Source of the DNA: Actinomycetes bacterium
GTDB lineage: Bacteria > Actinomycetota > Thermoleophilia > Gaiellales > Gaiellaceae
NCBI GenBank assembly: GCA_037142875.1
Contig: JBAWZV010000002.1
Span: forward strand, 145,416-209,415
Direction: 5' to 3'
DNA: 64,000 nucleotides
Shown here: positions 45,959 to 55,318 of the stretch, one piece after another
Layout: the number at the start of each line of letters is the position of its first letter
Position numbering within the stretch: the first letter of the stretch is position 1
Translations under genes and position numbers: made by a program
The notes under the pieces: model-generated
What the model saw: the letters and a program-made list of their open reading frames with translations, nothing else
Databases searched by the model: none
What the model was told of the DNA's origin: nothing

Positions 45959-47202
45959 CAGCTCTCCAGTTTCGCCGCGACCGCCTCGAGTCCCACCGAG
46001 CGCGATCCCTTGACGAGCACGACGTCGCCAGACGCTGCGAGGCTCCGCACGAGGTCGGCTGCCTCATCCGCCGCCGCGACCCATGACGACTCAACTTCAT
46101 CGGCGGTCTCGAGATACGGCCGCGCCAGCTCACCGACGGCGATCAGCCGGTCGACGCCGAGCACGGCAAGCTCTGCGCCGAGTTCACGGTGGTACCACTC
46201 GGAGTAGTCGCCAAGCTCCGCCATCCCGCCGAGCACGGCGATCCGACGGCCGGTTCCGGCGCGATCGGCGAGGTGGCGCAGTGCCGCCCGCATCGAGAGC
46301 GGGTTCGCGTTGTAGCAGTCGTTGATCAGCGTCACGCCGCCCGGCAGTTCGATCAGCTCCTCACGCAACGGCGAGAACTCGATATCGAGAACGCCCGGCT
46401 CGAGCGGCACCCCGAGCGCATCGCACACCGTGAGCGCCGCCAGGGTGTTGTCGAGCTGGTGGCGTGACGTGAAGCTCGTCTGAAGCTCGATCACCCGCCC
46501 ACCGACCCGGAACGCCCCCGGCTCGTCGACATGCCCGAACCGCCGCACATCGAGGTCACTGCGCAGGAGGTGCGGGTCGAGCAGCGGCTCGTCATCTGGC
46601 ACGACCACGACGGCGTTCAATGGCAGCATCTCGATCAGCTCGGCCTTCGCCTGCGCGACGTTCTGGATGGTGCCGACGAGCTCGAGGTGCACGGGCCCGA
46701 TGTTCGTGATCAGCCCGATGTCCGGCTGCGCGATCTGCGCGAGCCACTGGATCTGACCGAGGCCGCGCATGCCCATCTCGACGATGCAGAGCTCCGTGTC
46801 TGCTTCGATCCGGCAGAGCGTCAACGGCACTCCGATCTCGTTGTTGTAGTTCGCCTCCGACGCCACGGTGCGTAGGTGCGGTGAGCAGAGGGCGGCGAGG
46901 ATGTCCTTGGTCGTCGTCTTACCCGTCGCGCCTGTGATCCCGACGACACGCGCCGACGAGCGCCGGCGCACCTCGCCGCCGATCGTGCCGAGCGCCGTGT
47001 GCGCGTACTTTGGGATCAGCACGGCCGCGGCGCCGCGCGCGAAGGCATCGTCGATGAACTCCTCGCCTGCGCCCATCGCAACGAAAAGGTCGCCCTCGAC
47101 GATCCGGCGTGAGTCGATCTGCATCCCGGTCACGAACTCGGTGCCAGGACGGACACGCACCTCGCCGTGAGGTTCGAGGTAGGCGATCTCGATCGGGATC
47201 AC
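45958..47202 (-). CDS. murF: UDP-N-acetylmuramoyl-tripeptide--D-alanyl-D-alanine ligase
   Basis: 414 aa with GITGATGKTTTKD. Canonical dcw position between murE and mraY. Confidence 0.9.
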   Translation of the reverse strand: MIPIEIAYLEPHGEVRVRPGTEFVTGMQIDSRRIVEGDLFVAMGAGEEFIDDAFARGAAAVLIPKYAHTALGTIGGEVRRRSSARVVGITGATGKTTTKDILAALCSPHLRTVASEANYNNEIGVPLTLCRIEADTELCIVEMGMRGLGQIQWLAQIAQPDIGLITNIGPVHLELVGTIQNVAQAKAELIEMLPLNAVVVVPDDEPLLDPHLLRSDLDVRRFGHVDEPGAFRVGGRVIELQTSFTSRHQLDNTLAALTVCDALGVPLEPGVLDIEFSPLREELIELPGGVTLINDCYNANPLSMRAALRHLADRAGTGRRIAVLGGMAELGDYSEWYHRELGAELAVLGVDRLIAVGELARPYLETADEVESSWVAAADEAADLVRSLAASGDVVLVKGSRSVGLEAVAAKLES

Positions 47203-48566
47203 GAGACCCCCCTCCGTCGCAGGATCTCACGCGCGACGGCACGGTCGTCGAAGGGGATCTTCCCCGACGCGAGCTCCTGCTCGGGCTCTGCCCCACGCCC
47301 TGCAATCACCACGACATCGCCGGGAGCTGCTTCGCGAAGTGCCGTCTCGATCGCGACGCGCCGGTCGAGTTCGATCTCGAAACTCCCGAGCGAGCCGTCG
47401 GCGACATCGGCGGCGATCGCCGCGGGCTCCTCGGAGCGCGGGTTGTCGGACGTGAGGATCGCCCGGTCGGCGAGCTCCGAGACGACCCGCCCCATCACCG
47501 GACGCTTGCTGCGGTCGCGATCCCCGCCGGCCCCGAAGACGACGATCAACCGCCCCTCCCCGAGCTCGCAAGCCGTCCGCAGCACGTTCTCGAGCGAGTC
47601 GGGCGTGTGCGCGTAGTCGACGACCACGGCGAACCGCTGGCCTTCGTCGATCGTCTCGAACCGCCCTGGCACGCCCGAGACCGACTCGATCCCTGCGCGG
47701 ATCGCGGCGTCTTCGATGCCGAGCGCGCGCGCAGCGAGCGCCGCGCCGGTGGCATTGGCCGCGTTGAAGCGGCCTCGGAGCTTCAGGTCGATCCCGTCGA
47801 GCGCAGTCGAGGCGTCATCGAACGTCACGGCCGCCGGGAACTCCTCGGCGAGGCGACGGCCAAAGGGATCGCCGACGTTGATGACGGCGACCTCGGCCTG
47901 CGCGACGATCGCGCGTTTCGCCGCGAAGTACTGCTCCATCGTGCCGTGGAAGTCGAGGTGATCCTGGGTCAGGTTCGTGAACACGACGACGGCAAACCGC
48001 GTTCCCGTAAGCCGCCCGTGCGTCTGGGCAACCGAGGTCGCCTCCATCACGCAGATCTCGTCACCTGCGTCCGACATCTCGCGAAACAGGCGCTGCAGGT
48101 CGATCGCCTCGGGCGTGTTCAGCCCCGTCGCCCGCGAGGCGCCTCCCACGAGCCGCGTGATGTTCGTGAGCAGGCCCGCCTTGCGGCCGGCAGCGGTGAA
48201 GATCGCATGAAGCAGGAAGGCTGTTGTCGTCTTGCCGTTCGTCCCTGTCACGCCAACCACGGCGAGCTTCTCGGTCGGACTGTCAAAGAACACGGTCGCG
48301 GCCGCCGGCATCGCGGCCCGCACGTCCGTGACCACGATCTGGGGCAGGTCGACATCGAGCGGGTGGTCGACGACGAGGGCTGCGGCGCCCGCAGCGGCGA
48401 CCGTCCGAGCGAACGCATGACCGTCGGCGTGCGCCCCACGAACACAGAAGAAGAGCGACCCGCGAGTCACTGCGCGGGTGTCGTAGGCGAGATCGCGGAT
48501 CTCCACAGAAGCGGCGTTCACGACCTCGGCCGGGCCGAGCGCCGCGACAAGACGCTCCAGGTTCAT
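47199..48566 (-). CDS. murE: UDP-N-acetylmuramoyl-L-alanyl-D-glutamate--diamino acid ligase
   Basis: 455 aa with GVTGTNGKTTT and a C-terminal TSDNPR motif. Confidence 0.9.
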   Translation of the reverse strand: MNLERLVAALGPAEVVNAASVEIRDLAYDTRAVTRGSLFFCVRGAHADGHAFARTVAAAGAAALVVDHPLDVDLPQIVVTDVRAAMPAAATVFFDSPTEKLAVVGVTGTNGKTTTAFLLHAIFTAAGRKAGLLTNITRLVGGASRATGLNTPEAIDLQRLFREMSDAGDEICVMEATSVAQTHGRLTGTRFAVVVFTNLTQDHLDFHGTMEQYFAAKRAIVAQAEVAVINVGDPFGRRLAEEFPAAVTFDDASTALDGIDLKLRGRFNAANATGAALAARALGIEDAAIRAGIESVSGVPGRFETIDEGQRFAVVVDYAHTPDSLENVLRTACELGEGRLIVVFGAGGDRDRSKRPVMGRVVSELADRAILTSDNPRSEEPAAIAADVADGSLGSFEIELDRRVAIETALREAAPGDVVVIAGRGAEPEQELASGKIPFDDRAVAREILRRRGVS

Positions 48567-48600
48567 CGCCGATCGAGTCTAACGGAGGGCTCCATCGGCA

Positions 48601-49764
48601 TCAGCCGTCAACCGGAACGCGGCGGAAGATGACGTAGAGCCCCGTGTCGTAGACGCTCTTCAGCGCCCCGGCGATGAGAAACGGCGCGCCGAGCGATGAC
48701 CCCACGATTGCACCCGCCACGAGCGGCGCCACCGGCCGCGTGACGTAACGCGCCGTGTTCGTATAGGCCGCAGCGGCCGTCCGCTCCTCGGGGGTGACAA
48801 CAAGCGCGACGTATGCCTGGCGTGTCGGAACGTCCATCTGTGAGAGCACCGACCGTCCGAGCAAAAGAGCGATTGCCACGTGGAGGTTCGGCGCAAACGC
48901 GATGGCTGCAAGCAGGACGTTCGAGGGCAGGTGCGTGAAGACCATCGTGCGCAGGAGCCCGAAACGGGCCGCGAGCCACACCGCTGCGCGGAACGACAGC
49001 GCCTGAAGCACGCCAACGCCCGCGAAGACGAGCGCCAGCGTGTGCGGCTGTACCCCGTACTTCCGCGTGAACAGATACGCGATGAACGTCGTTGGCACAA
49101 ACCCGCCGCCGAAGCTGTCCAGCGAGAAGAGCGCGGCGAGCTTGAGCACGATCCCCCGCGAGCAATCGAGCGACTTGCGCCGGCCACCAACCGGCCGCGG
49201 GGCGAGCTCGACTGCCTCCGTGAGCCGCGCCGCCGCCGCAAGGCCGAGAGCAGCCGAGACGGGATAGGCAAGGAGCCAGCGAGGCGACGAGCCGACGAGG
49301 GCGATCAGTGCCCCGGCGGAGCCCGCGAGCGTCGCCACAGCGTTGTAGGTGCCAAAGAGCGCGGTGGTCTTGCCCTCGGCTGCGGCGTGCGGCAACATCG
49401 CCTGCTCGAGGGAGGTGAACGGGCCTGACTCGACGACCTCCGGCGAGATCGTCCCCGTGGCCGCGGCGAGCACGAGGAGCGGTAGCCAGCCCGTCAGGGC
49501 GAAGGCGGTACCCGCCACGCCCATCACGATGAAGAGCAGCCGGTAGGAGCGGCGGCGACCGAAGGCATCACCGTAACGCGCGAGCACCACCGAGGCGAGC
49601 GCGATCCCTCCGAGCAGCGCACCGAGCACCCCTCCGACGGCAGGCCCCGAGAGGCCCCGGTGGGCGAGCGTCGAGCCGACGAGCACGGAGCCGAGGCCGT
49701 AGGCGACGGCACGGGCCCCCTGGGCGGCGAGGATGCGCCTGGCGTCGGCGCTCAGGGTGGCCAC
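48601..49764 (-). CDS. MFS transporter
   Basis: 387 aa and highly hydrophobic, with about 10-12 predicted TM segments and an MFS-like loop (RYGDAFGRRRS). Sits between ftsI and murE with 9-nt and 34-nt gaps. Confidence 0.75.
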   Translation of the reverse strand: MATLSADARRILAAQGARAVAYGLGSVLVGSTLAHRGLSGPAVGGVLGALLGGIALASVVLARYGDAFGRRRSYRLLFIVMGVAGTAFALTGWLPLLVLAAATGTISPEVVESGPFTSLEQAMLPHAAAEGKTTALFGTYNAVATLAGSAGALIALVGSSPRWLLAYPVSAALGLAAAARLTEAVELAPRPVGGRRKSLDCSRGIVLKLAALFSLDSFGGGFVPTTFIAYLFTRKYGVQPHTLALVFAGVGVLQALSFRAAVWLAARFGLLRTMVFTHLPSNVLLAAIAFAPNLHVAIALLLGRSVLSQMDVPTRQAYVALVVTPEERTAAAAYTNTARYVTRPVAPLVAGAIVGSSLGAPFLIAGALKSVYDTGLYVIFRRVPVDG

Positions 49765-49773
49765 GCCTCGACC

Positions 49774-51495
49774 CTAACGCGTGGCGGTGAGGGGCGTGCC
49801 TGCGACCGCGTGAAGGGCGTCTGGCGCGACTTCGAGGTACTGCAGGTCAAATTTCGCAATCAATGCAAACGCCGGGGCGGCGACGACGCCGCCGAAGATC
49901 GATCCGCGCGGCTCATCGACCTTGACGAGCACGACCAGCCGCGGCTTCGACGCAGGGACCATGCCCACGAACGTTGCCTCGTAGTTGTACGTCGAGTAGC
50001 CGCCGTGACCATCCGGCACCTGCGCTGTTCCGGTCTTCCCGGCGACGCTGTACCCGGCGATCGCCGCCGCGCCACCGGTTGCCCCCACGTCCGCGACGAC
50101 GCCGGTGAGCATCTTCTTGACCTGCTCGTCGACATCCGGCGACATGATCCGCCGATGACGCCACCTCTGCGGCGTCTTCCCGCCAACGCGGGTGACAAGG
50201 TGCGGCTCGATCCAGACGCCACCATTGGCGACCGCCGCGTACACGGACGCCATCTGGATCGGCGTGACCGAGATCCCCTGACCGATCGGTACGTTGCCGA
50301 TCGTCGTCTCGCTCCACTGGTCGAGAGGCAGGACGAACCCGGGGCTCTCACCCGGGAAGTCGATCCCTGTTGCCGAGCCGAAGCCGAACTTCTCGATCCA
50401 CGACGCCAGGCGCGCCCGACCGAGCTTGCCGGCGAGCGTGACCGCTCCGACGTTCGAGGAGTGCGAGAGGATCTGCGCGACGCTCAGCGTCTCGGTGGGC
50501 CGGCTCTCGGCGTCGTGCACCGTGCACTGCACGCACGTGTCGTAACGGAGCTTGTACGGCAGCGTGAACTTCGTCTTTGGCGTGACGAGCTTCTCGGACA
50601 GCGCGGCGGTGATCGTCACGAGCTTGAACGTCGAGCCGGGCTCGTACGTGTCAGTCACCGCCCGGTTGCGCAGGAGGCTCTGTGAGATGTCGGAGGTTCG
50701 GTTGGCGTCGTAGCCGGGTGTCTGGGCCATGGCAAGCACCTCGCCGGTCGAGGGGTCGAGAACGATCGCCGTCGCGTCCCTCGCGCCCCACTGGCTGACG
50801 GTCGTGCGGAGCACCTGCTCGGCCTGCGCCTGGATCGTGTGGTCGATCGACGTGAAGACGTCGGAGCCCTGCCGCGCTGGCGACGAGCTGACGACGTCGA
50901 TCGCCCGGCCCGACGGGTCTCGGATGATCGTCTGCTTGCCGACGTGCCCCGTGAGCTTGCGGTCGTACTGGAGCTCGAGGCCATCGAGGCCCTTGTTGTC
51001 GACGCCGGCGTAGCCGATGAGCTGGGCGCCGATCGCGAGCTGCGGGTATGACCGCCGCTCCTCCGGGTACGAATGGACGCCCGCGAAGCCGCGCTTCAGG
51101 AACGCTGCTGCCTTGAGCGGATCTGCGAACCGCTCGACGTAGACAAACTGCCGCTTCTTGTCGAGCAGAAACGGGTAGAGCGCGTTCGCGTCGACCCCGA
51201 GAAGCTTGTGGGCGGCGACAGCGACCGCCGTCGGCTCGCGGATCTCCTGCGGGTCGGCGTAGATCGTCGCGGTCTGCTCACCGATCGCCAGCTCGACACC
51301 CGTGCGATCAAAGACCGTTCCCCGTCCAGCCGGGATGGTCTGTGTCTCCTGCTGCTGGTTATGCGCCAGACCGGCGTACCGGCTGCCGTCCAGCACCTGG
51401 AGCCGGAATGCGAAGACGAAGAGAGTGATGAAGATGAGGCCGAAGAGGACGACGAGGAGGCGGATGCGCCGGTTCGCCCGCTTCCCGTCCATCAA
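49774..51495 (-). CDS. ftsI: class B penicillin-binding protein (FtsI-type transpeptidase)
   Basis: 573 aa with an N-terminal TM anchor and SxxK (STFK), SxN (SSN) and KTGT motifs. Confidence 0.9.
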   Translation of the reverse strand: MMDGKRANRRIRLLVVLFGLIFITLFVFAFRLQVLDGSRYAGLAHNQQQETQTIPAGRGTVFDRTGVELAIGEQTATIYADPQEIREPTAVAVAAHKLLGVDANALYPFLLDKKRQFVYVERFADPLKAAAFLKRGFAGVHSYPEERRSYPQLAIGAQLIGYAGVDNKGLDGLELQYDRKLTGHVGKQTIIRDPSGRAIDVVSSSPARQGSDVFTSIDHTIQAQAEQVLRTTVSQWGARDATAIVLDPSTGEVLAMAQTPGYDANRTSDISQSLLRNRAVTDTYEPGSTFKLVTITAALSEKLVTPKTKFTLPYKLRYDTCVQCTVHDAESRPTETLSVAQILSHSSNVGAVTLAGKLGRARLASWIEKFGFGSATGIDFPGESPGFVLPLDQWSETTIGNVPIGQGISVTPIQMASVYAAVANGGVWIEPHLVTRVGGKTPQRWRHRRIMSPDVDEQVKKMLTGVVADVGATGGAAAIAGYSVAGKTGTAQVPDGHGGYSTYNYEATFVGMVPASKPRLVVLVKVDEPRGSIFGGVVAAPAFALIAKFDLQYLEVAPDALHAVAGTPLTATR

Positions 51496-51965
51496 CGACC
51501 CAGTTCGATGAACCCGGTCGCCGACGGATCGGCCTCGACGAGCTCGTACTGCTTGTGCGCGAGCGCCTGGATACGCGGTGACGCAAGCGCTGCGGAGAGC
51601 TGCGACTGGAGCGTGGCATTCGACGCGCGCAGGTTGGTGCGTTCCGTCGTCGCCTTGGTCAGAGAGAGGTTGAGCTGCAGCACGGCGAGGTTCACGAACA
51701 CGACTCCGGCGAGGAGCACGGCGCCGACGACGATCCAGACGATCGGCGCGTGATGACGTGTGCGGGACTTCGGCCGGGCCGTCGCACGCGCGCGGGCCCG
51801 TGCGGTCGTGGGTGCTGTTGTTGCCGTCGTAGTCTTCGTTGCCGTGCGCTTCGGCGCCGTGGTCGAGGGCCGACGCGTACGGGTCGCTGGCTGCTCGGCA
51901 GCCTTGCGTGTCCGGGGCCGTGTCCGGGCCGGTGCGGCCACGGCGCTCGAACGTGCGCTAGCCAA
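51492..51965 (-). CDS. ftsL: cell division protein FtsL-like
   Basis: 157 aa. An Ala/Thr/Arg-rich disordered N-terminus, a single TM and a short coiled coil. Canonical position between rsmH and ftsI. Confidence 0.65.
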   Translation of the reverse strand: MASARSSAVAAPARTRPRTRKAAEQPATRTRRPSTTAPKRTATKTTTATTAPTTARARARATARPKSRTRHHAPIVWIVVGAVLLAGVVFVNLAVLQLNLSLTKATTERTNLRASNATLQSQLSAALASPRIQALAHKQYELVEADPSATGFIELGR

Positions 51966-52914
51966 CCTTCACCGCCACACGGAGACGGGCCGACTGCGAA
52001 CGCGGGTTGCGTGCGATCTCGGCTGTGGACGGGCGAATGGCCCGACGTGGGGTTGCACGGAGTGTCGGCTGGGAGCCGCATGCGCAGATGGGGAAGTCCG
52101 GTGGGCACGTGCAGCCGTGCTCCTCGTTGCGGAGGAAGCGCTTGACGATGCGGTCCTCGAGCGAGTGGAAGGAGATGACGGCGAGCCGGCCGTTCGGGCG
52201 AAGCATCTCGAGCGCCGCAGGCAGCGCCCGCTGCAGCGAGCCGAGCTCGTCGTTGACCTCGATCCGGAGCGCCTGGAAGACCCGCTTTGCCGGGTGGCCC
52301 TCACCGAAGCGCGCAGGAGCGGGAATCGCCTGCTTGATCACCTCAACGAGATCACCGGTGCGCTCGAACGGCTGCTTGGCGCGGCGCCGAATGATCGAAC
52401 GGGCGATCTGGCGGGCGTAGCGCTCCTCCCCGTAGCGGTGGAAGATATCGGTGAGCTCGCGCTCGTCGCCCTCGTTGACGATGTCGCGCGCAGAGAACTC
52501 GGCAGACGGATCCATCCGCATGTCGAGCGGCGCGTCGGTCGCGTACGAGAACCCGCGCTCGGGCCGATCTAGCTGCATCGAGGAGACGCCGAGATCCATC
52601 AGGATCGCGTCGGCCTTGACGCCGTTCTCGGCCAGTTGGTTCAGGACGACGGAGAACTCGCCGTGCAGGAGGCGCGCCTTGATCGCGTGCGACCGGCGGA
52701 TGCGCTCGAAGTACGGCGCGACGGTCGGGTCGCGATCGATCGCGATGAGCTTGCCGTCGCCACGGAGGCAGCCGGCGAGCATGTCGGAGTGCCCGCCGGA
52801 GCCAAACGTGCAGTCGACGATGGTTTCGCCCGGCTGCGGTTCGAGGGCTGTAAGCACCTCGTCCGCAAGAACCGGGACGTGATCAGCCTCGGCTGGCAAG
52901 ACGCTCGGCAACAT
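51958..52914 (-). CDS. rsmH: 16S rRNA (cytosine1402-N4)-methyltransferase
   Basis: 318 aa with HVPVL, DCTFGSGGHS and DLGVSS motifs. Confidence 0.95.
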   Translation of the reverse strand: MLPSVLPAEADHVPVLADEVLTALEPQPGETIVDCTFGSGGHSDMLAGCLRGDGKLIAIDRDPTVAPYFERIRRSHAIKARLLHGEFSVVLNQLAENGVKADAILMDLGVSSMQLDRPERGFSYATDAPLDMRMDPSAEFSARDIVNEGDERELTDIFHRYGEERYARQIARSIIRRRAKQPFERTGDLVEVIKQAIPAPARFGEGHPAKRVFQALRIEVNDELGSLQRALPAALEMLRPNGRLAVISFHSLEDRIVKRFLRNEEHGCTCPPDFPICACGSQPTLRATPRRAIRPSTAEIARNPRSQSARLRVAVKVG

Positions 52915-53311
52915 CTTCCGCGCTCCCTTCGACAGCCTGCACCTGCGCGCGCCAGGCGGCGCGATCCCAGATCTCGAGGTGGTCGTGGATACCTGCGACC
53001 GTGACCTCGCGACCGATCTTCACCTCGTCGAGCAGCCGGGCGGGAATGAGCATCCGGCCCGCCTTGTCGACAGACGCCGGCTCTGCGCCGGAGAAGAAGT
53101 AGCGCTGGAGCTGGCGCGCCTCGCGACTGAACGAGTCGAGCCTGCCGACCCGCTCGGTGAGCTGGTCCCACTCCGCCCGGGCGTAGACCGTGAGACAGCC
53201 GTCGAGGCCGCGCGCGATCACGACGTGACCACCCATCGCCTCCCGGTGCCTGGCCGGAAGGGTGAGACGGTTCTTGTCATCGAGGGAGTGGTCATGTTCA
53301 CCTAGCAGCAT
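52883..53311 (-). CDS. mraZ: division/cell wall cluster transcriptional regulator MraZ
   Basis: ATG 53311 within track ORF 52883..53389. Two MraZ half-domains, each with the DxxxR motif (DDKNRLTLP, DKAGRMLIP). Confidence 0.9.
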   Translation of the reverse strand: MLLGEHDHSLDDKNRLTLPARHREAMGGHVVIARGLDGCLTVYARAEWDQLTERVGRLDSFSREARQLQRYFFSGAEPASVDKAGRMLIPARLLDEVKIGREVTVAGIHDHLEIWDRAAWRAQVQAVEGSAEDVAERLASRG

Positions 53312-53322
53312 CTCAACTCTCC

Positions 53323-53355
53323 CCCACTTTAACCCACTTCTCCCCACTTGTCCAC
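53323..53355 (-). promoter_or_regulatory. MraZ-box array (GTGGG direct repeats at 10-nt phasing)
   Basis: The minus strand reads GTGGacaaGTGGGgagaaGTGGGttaaaGTGGGgga. There are three perfect GTGGG at exact 10-nt spacing (53323-53347) plus a degenerate fourth, 12 nt upstream of the mraZ ATG. Confidence 0.6.
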
Positions 53356-53454
53356 TCTCTCTCGCCGAATTGCAGGATTGGATCGGCAATTCGAGTGGTT
53401 GTCCCGCTTCGAGGGACTGTCCCTGCCGAGGGACTGTCCCTGCGCGCCAGCGGG

Positions 53455-54252
53455 CTACGCCGAGATCTGGGTGCTGTACGGGCCACGGCCGCTCACGACC
53501 GCAGCGCCAGCACGCGTGGCGAGGTCGAGCGCGGCCGCGAGCTCGTCGCCTCGTGCAAGCCCGAAGCTCAGAGCTGCTGCAAACGAGTCACCAGCGCCGT
53601 AGGTGTCCGAGAGCGGCCCCGGTGGAGTCGCTGCCTCATAGCGACGGCCGTCGGCGATCCCGCCGTGTGCCCCGTCGGTCTGCACGACGAGGGCGGCATC
53701 GAGTCCGCCGTCGTACCGCTCGCCCGGGTCGTTACCGCTCCCCACGAGCAGGTCGAGTGCTACCCCACCCTCGCGCAGCGTCGGAAGCTCACGCGGCGTT
53801 GCTCCGAGGAACCGGGCAGCACGGGCCGACCGGAGCGCCTCGGCATTCCCCGCGACGAAGAAGACGAGGTCGTACCCGGCCAGCGGGAGCGGGCCGGACG
53901 GGCGCAGCTTGGGCCCGAGCGTCGTGATCGTCCGCTCGCGGTTTGCGTCGACGTACGTCCAGGCGCGTCTCGTCGCCCCCATCCACTCGCTGTGCACGGT
54001 CACGCCAAGCTCGGAGAGCCGTTCAACCGAGCGGTGGCCGAGGTCGTCATCCCCGAGCGCCGTGAAGAAGTCGCAGCCGCCAGCGAGCCGAGCGATCTGA
54101 GCGGAGACGACCGAGCCGCCGCCCGCGGGCTCCTCCCAGAAGGCGATCGCGTTCGCAATCCCGCCCGGCGGCGGCACGGCAACAACCTCGGCGAACTCCA
54201 CCCACTCGACATGACCGACGACGGCGCATCTCACAGTTCCGCAAGCTTGCAC
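53455..54252 (-). CDS. PfkB family carbohydrate/nucleoside kinase
   Basis: 265 aa with an N-terminal GG region (EEPAGGGSVVSA) and the C-terminal DTYGAGDSF (DTxGAGD) motif. Confidence 0.75.
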   Translation of the reverse strand: MQACGTVRCAVVGHVEWVEFAEVVAVPPPGGIANAIAFWEEPAGGGSVVSAQIARLAGGCDFFTALGDDDLGHRSVERLSELGVTVHSEWMGATRRAWTYVDANRERTITTLGPKLRPSGPLPLAGYDLVFFVAGNAEALRSARAARFLGATPRELPTLREGGVALDLLVGSGNDPGERYDGGLDAALVVQTDGAHGGIADGRRYEAATPPGPLSDTYGAGDSFAAALSFGLARGDELAAALDLATRAGAAVVSGRGPYSTQISA

Positions 54253-54262
54253 GTTTCAGCCC

Positions 54263-54733
54263 ATGATGGACGCCGTGACAGTACCGCCCTTCGAACGCTT
54301 CTACGTCCAGCACTGCGACGAGGTGCTCGGATACCTGCGCCGGCTCGTCGGCCAACAAGCCGAGGATGCATGGCAGGAGACGTTCCTGCGGGCGCTGCGG
54401 GCCTACGACCGGCTCGAGCACGGGCGGCACCTTCGCGCCTGGGTGTTCACGATCGCAACGCGGGTCGCGCTCGACGACATCCGCGCTGCAAAGAAGACCG
54501 TTGCCGACGACGAGCTCGACGGCCCCCCGGTCGAGCTCAAGCGCCCCGCGTTCCGCGAGCTCGAGCATCTGACTGACTCGCTGCCGCCCACGGAACGTGC
54601 CGCTGTCGTGCTCCGCTACGGCTACGACCTGCCCTACGCCGAGATCGCCGCCGCTCTCGCCTCCTCCGAGGAGGCGGCCCGAGCTGCGGCGTCTTCCGGC
54701 GTCCGCCGACTCAGGAGGTTACTCGATGGTTGA
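54263..54733 (+). CDS. ECF-type sigma-70 family sigma factor
   Basis: 156 aa. Region 2 (AEDAWQETFLRALRAYDRLEHGRHLRAWVFTIATRVALD) and region 4 (ERAAVVLRYGYDLPYAEIAAAL). Confidence 0.8.
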   Translation: MMDAVTVPPFERFYVQHCDEVLGYLRRLVGQQAEDAWQETFLRALRAYDRLEHGRHLRAWVFTIATRVALDDIRAAKKTVADDELDGPPVELKRPAFRELEHLTDSLPPTERAAVVLRYGYDLPYAEIAAALASSEEAARAAASSGVRRLRRLLDG

Positions 54734-55274
54734 CCACGCTCTCGATAGCCGCTTTCGCACGGCCGCACTCCACGAAGGACTCATCGATGTCTGCTTCGAC
54801 ATCGTCGCCTCGCCTGTCGGTGAGCTATTTGTCGCGGCAACCACCAACGGGCTCTGCCGCATCTCCTACACCGTCGACGGCGCAGACGAGGCGCTTGCCA
54901 AGGCCTTTGGACTGCGACTCCTCCGGCTCCCTCTCGACGACGTCCGGCGGGAGCTCGACGAGTACTTCGAGGGCCGGCGCCGCACCTTCGATCTACCGCT
55001 CGACCTCCGAGTCGCACCCTTCCACGAGGCCGTCCTCCGCGAGCTAGCGCTCGTCCCGTACGGCCAGGTCGACACCTACGGTCACCTTGCGGCAAGGGTC
55101 GGTCGCCCGAAAGCTGCCCGGGCCGTCGGTGCTGCGATGAACCGCAATCCGATCCCGATCGTCCTCCCCTGTCACCGCATCGTCGGCTCAAACGGCTCCC
55201 TCACCGGGTACGCCGGTGGCCTTGAGATAAAGCGCGCGCTCCTCGCCCTCGAGGGTGCCACGCTCTCGGTCTGA
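54726..55274 (+). CDS. ogt: methylated-DNA--protein-cysteine methyltransferase
   Basis: ATG 54726 overlaps the sigma gene by 8 nt. Has the active site PCHRIV and NRNPIPIVLP. Confidence 0.9.
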   Translation: MVDHALDSRFRTAALHEGLIDVCFDIVASPVGELFVAATTNGLCRISYTVDGADEALAKAFGLRLLRLPLDDVRRELDEYFEGRRRTFDLPLDLRVAPFHEAVLRELALVPYGQVDTYGHLAARVGRPKAARAVGAAMNRNPIPIVLPCHRIVGSNGSLTGYAGGLEIKRALLALEGATLSV

Positions 55275-55318
55275 CCAGAGGCGCAAGGCGGAGGGACTGT
55301 CGCCGCGGTCGTCCCCGA

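Noticed and set aside
43773-46133. 786-aa ORF as a single gene
   Set aside because: Only the part from GTG 44942 downward is murD. The upstream 400 codons are an out-of-frame read-through across mraY (Arg-rich nonsense), and mraY itself is clearly encoded in another frame.
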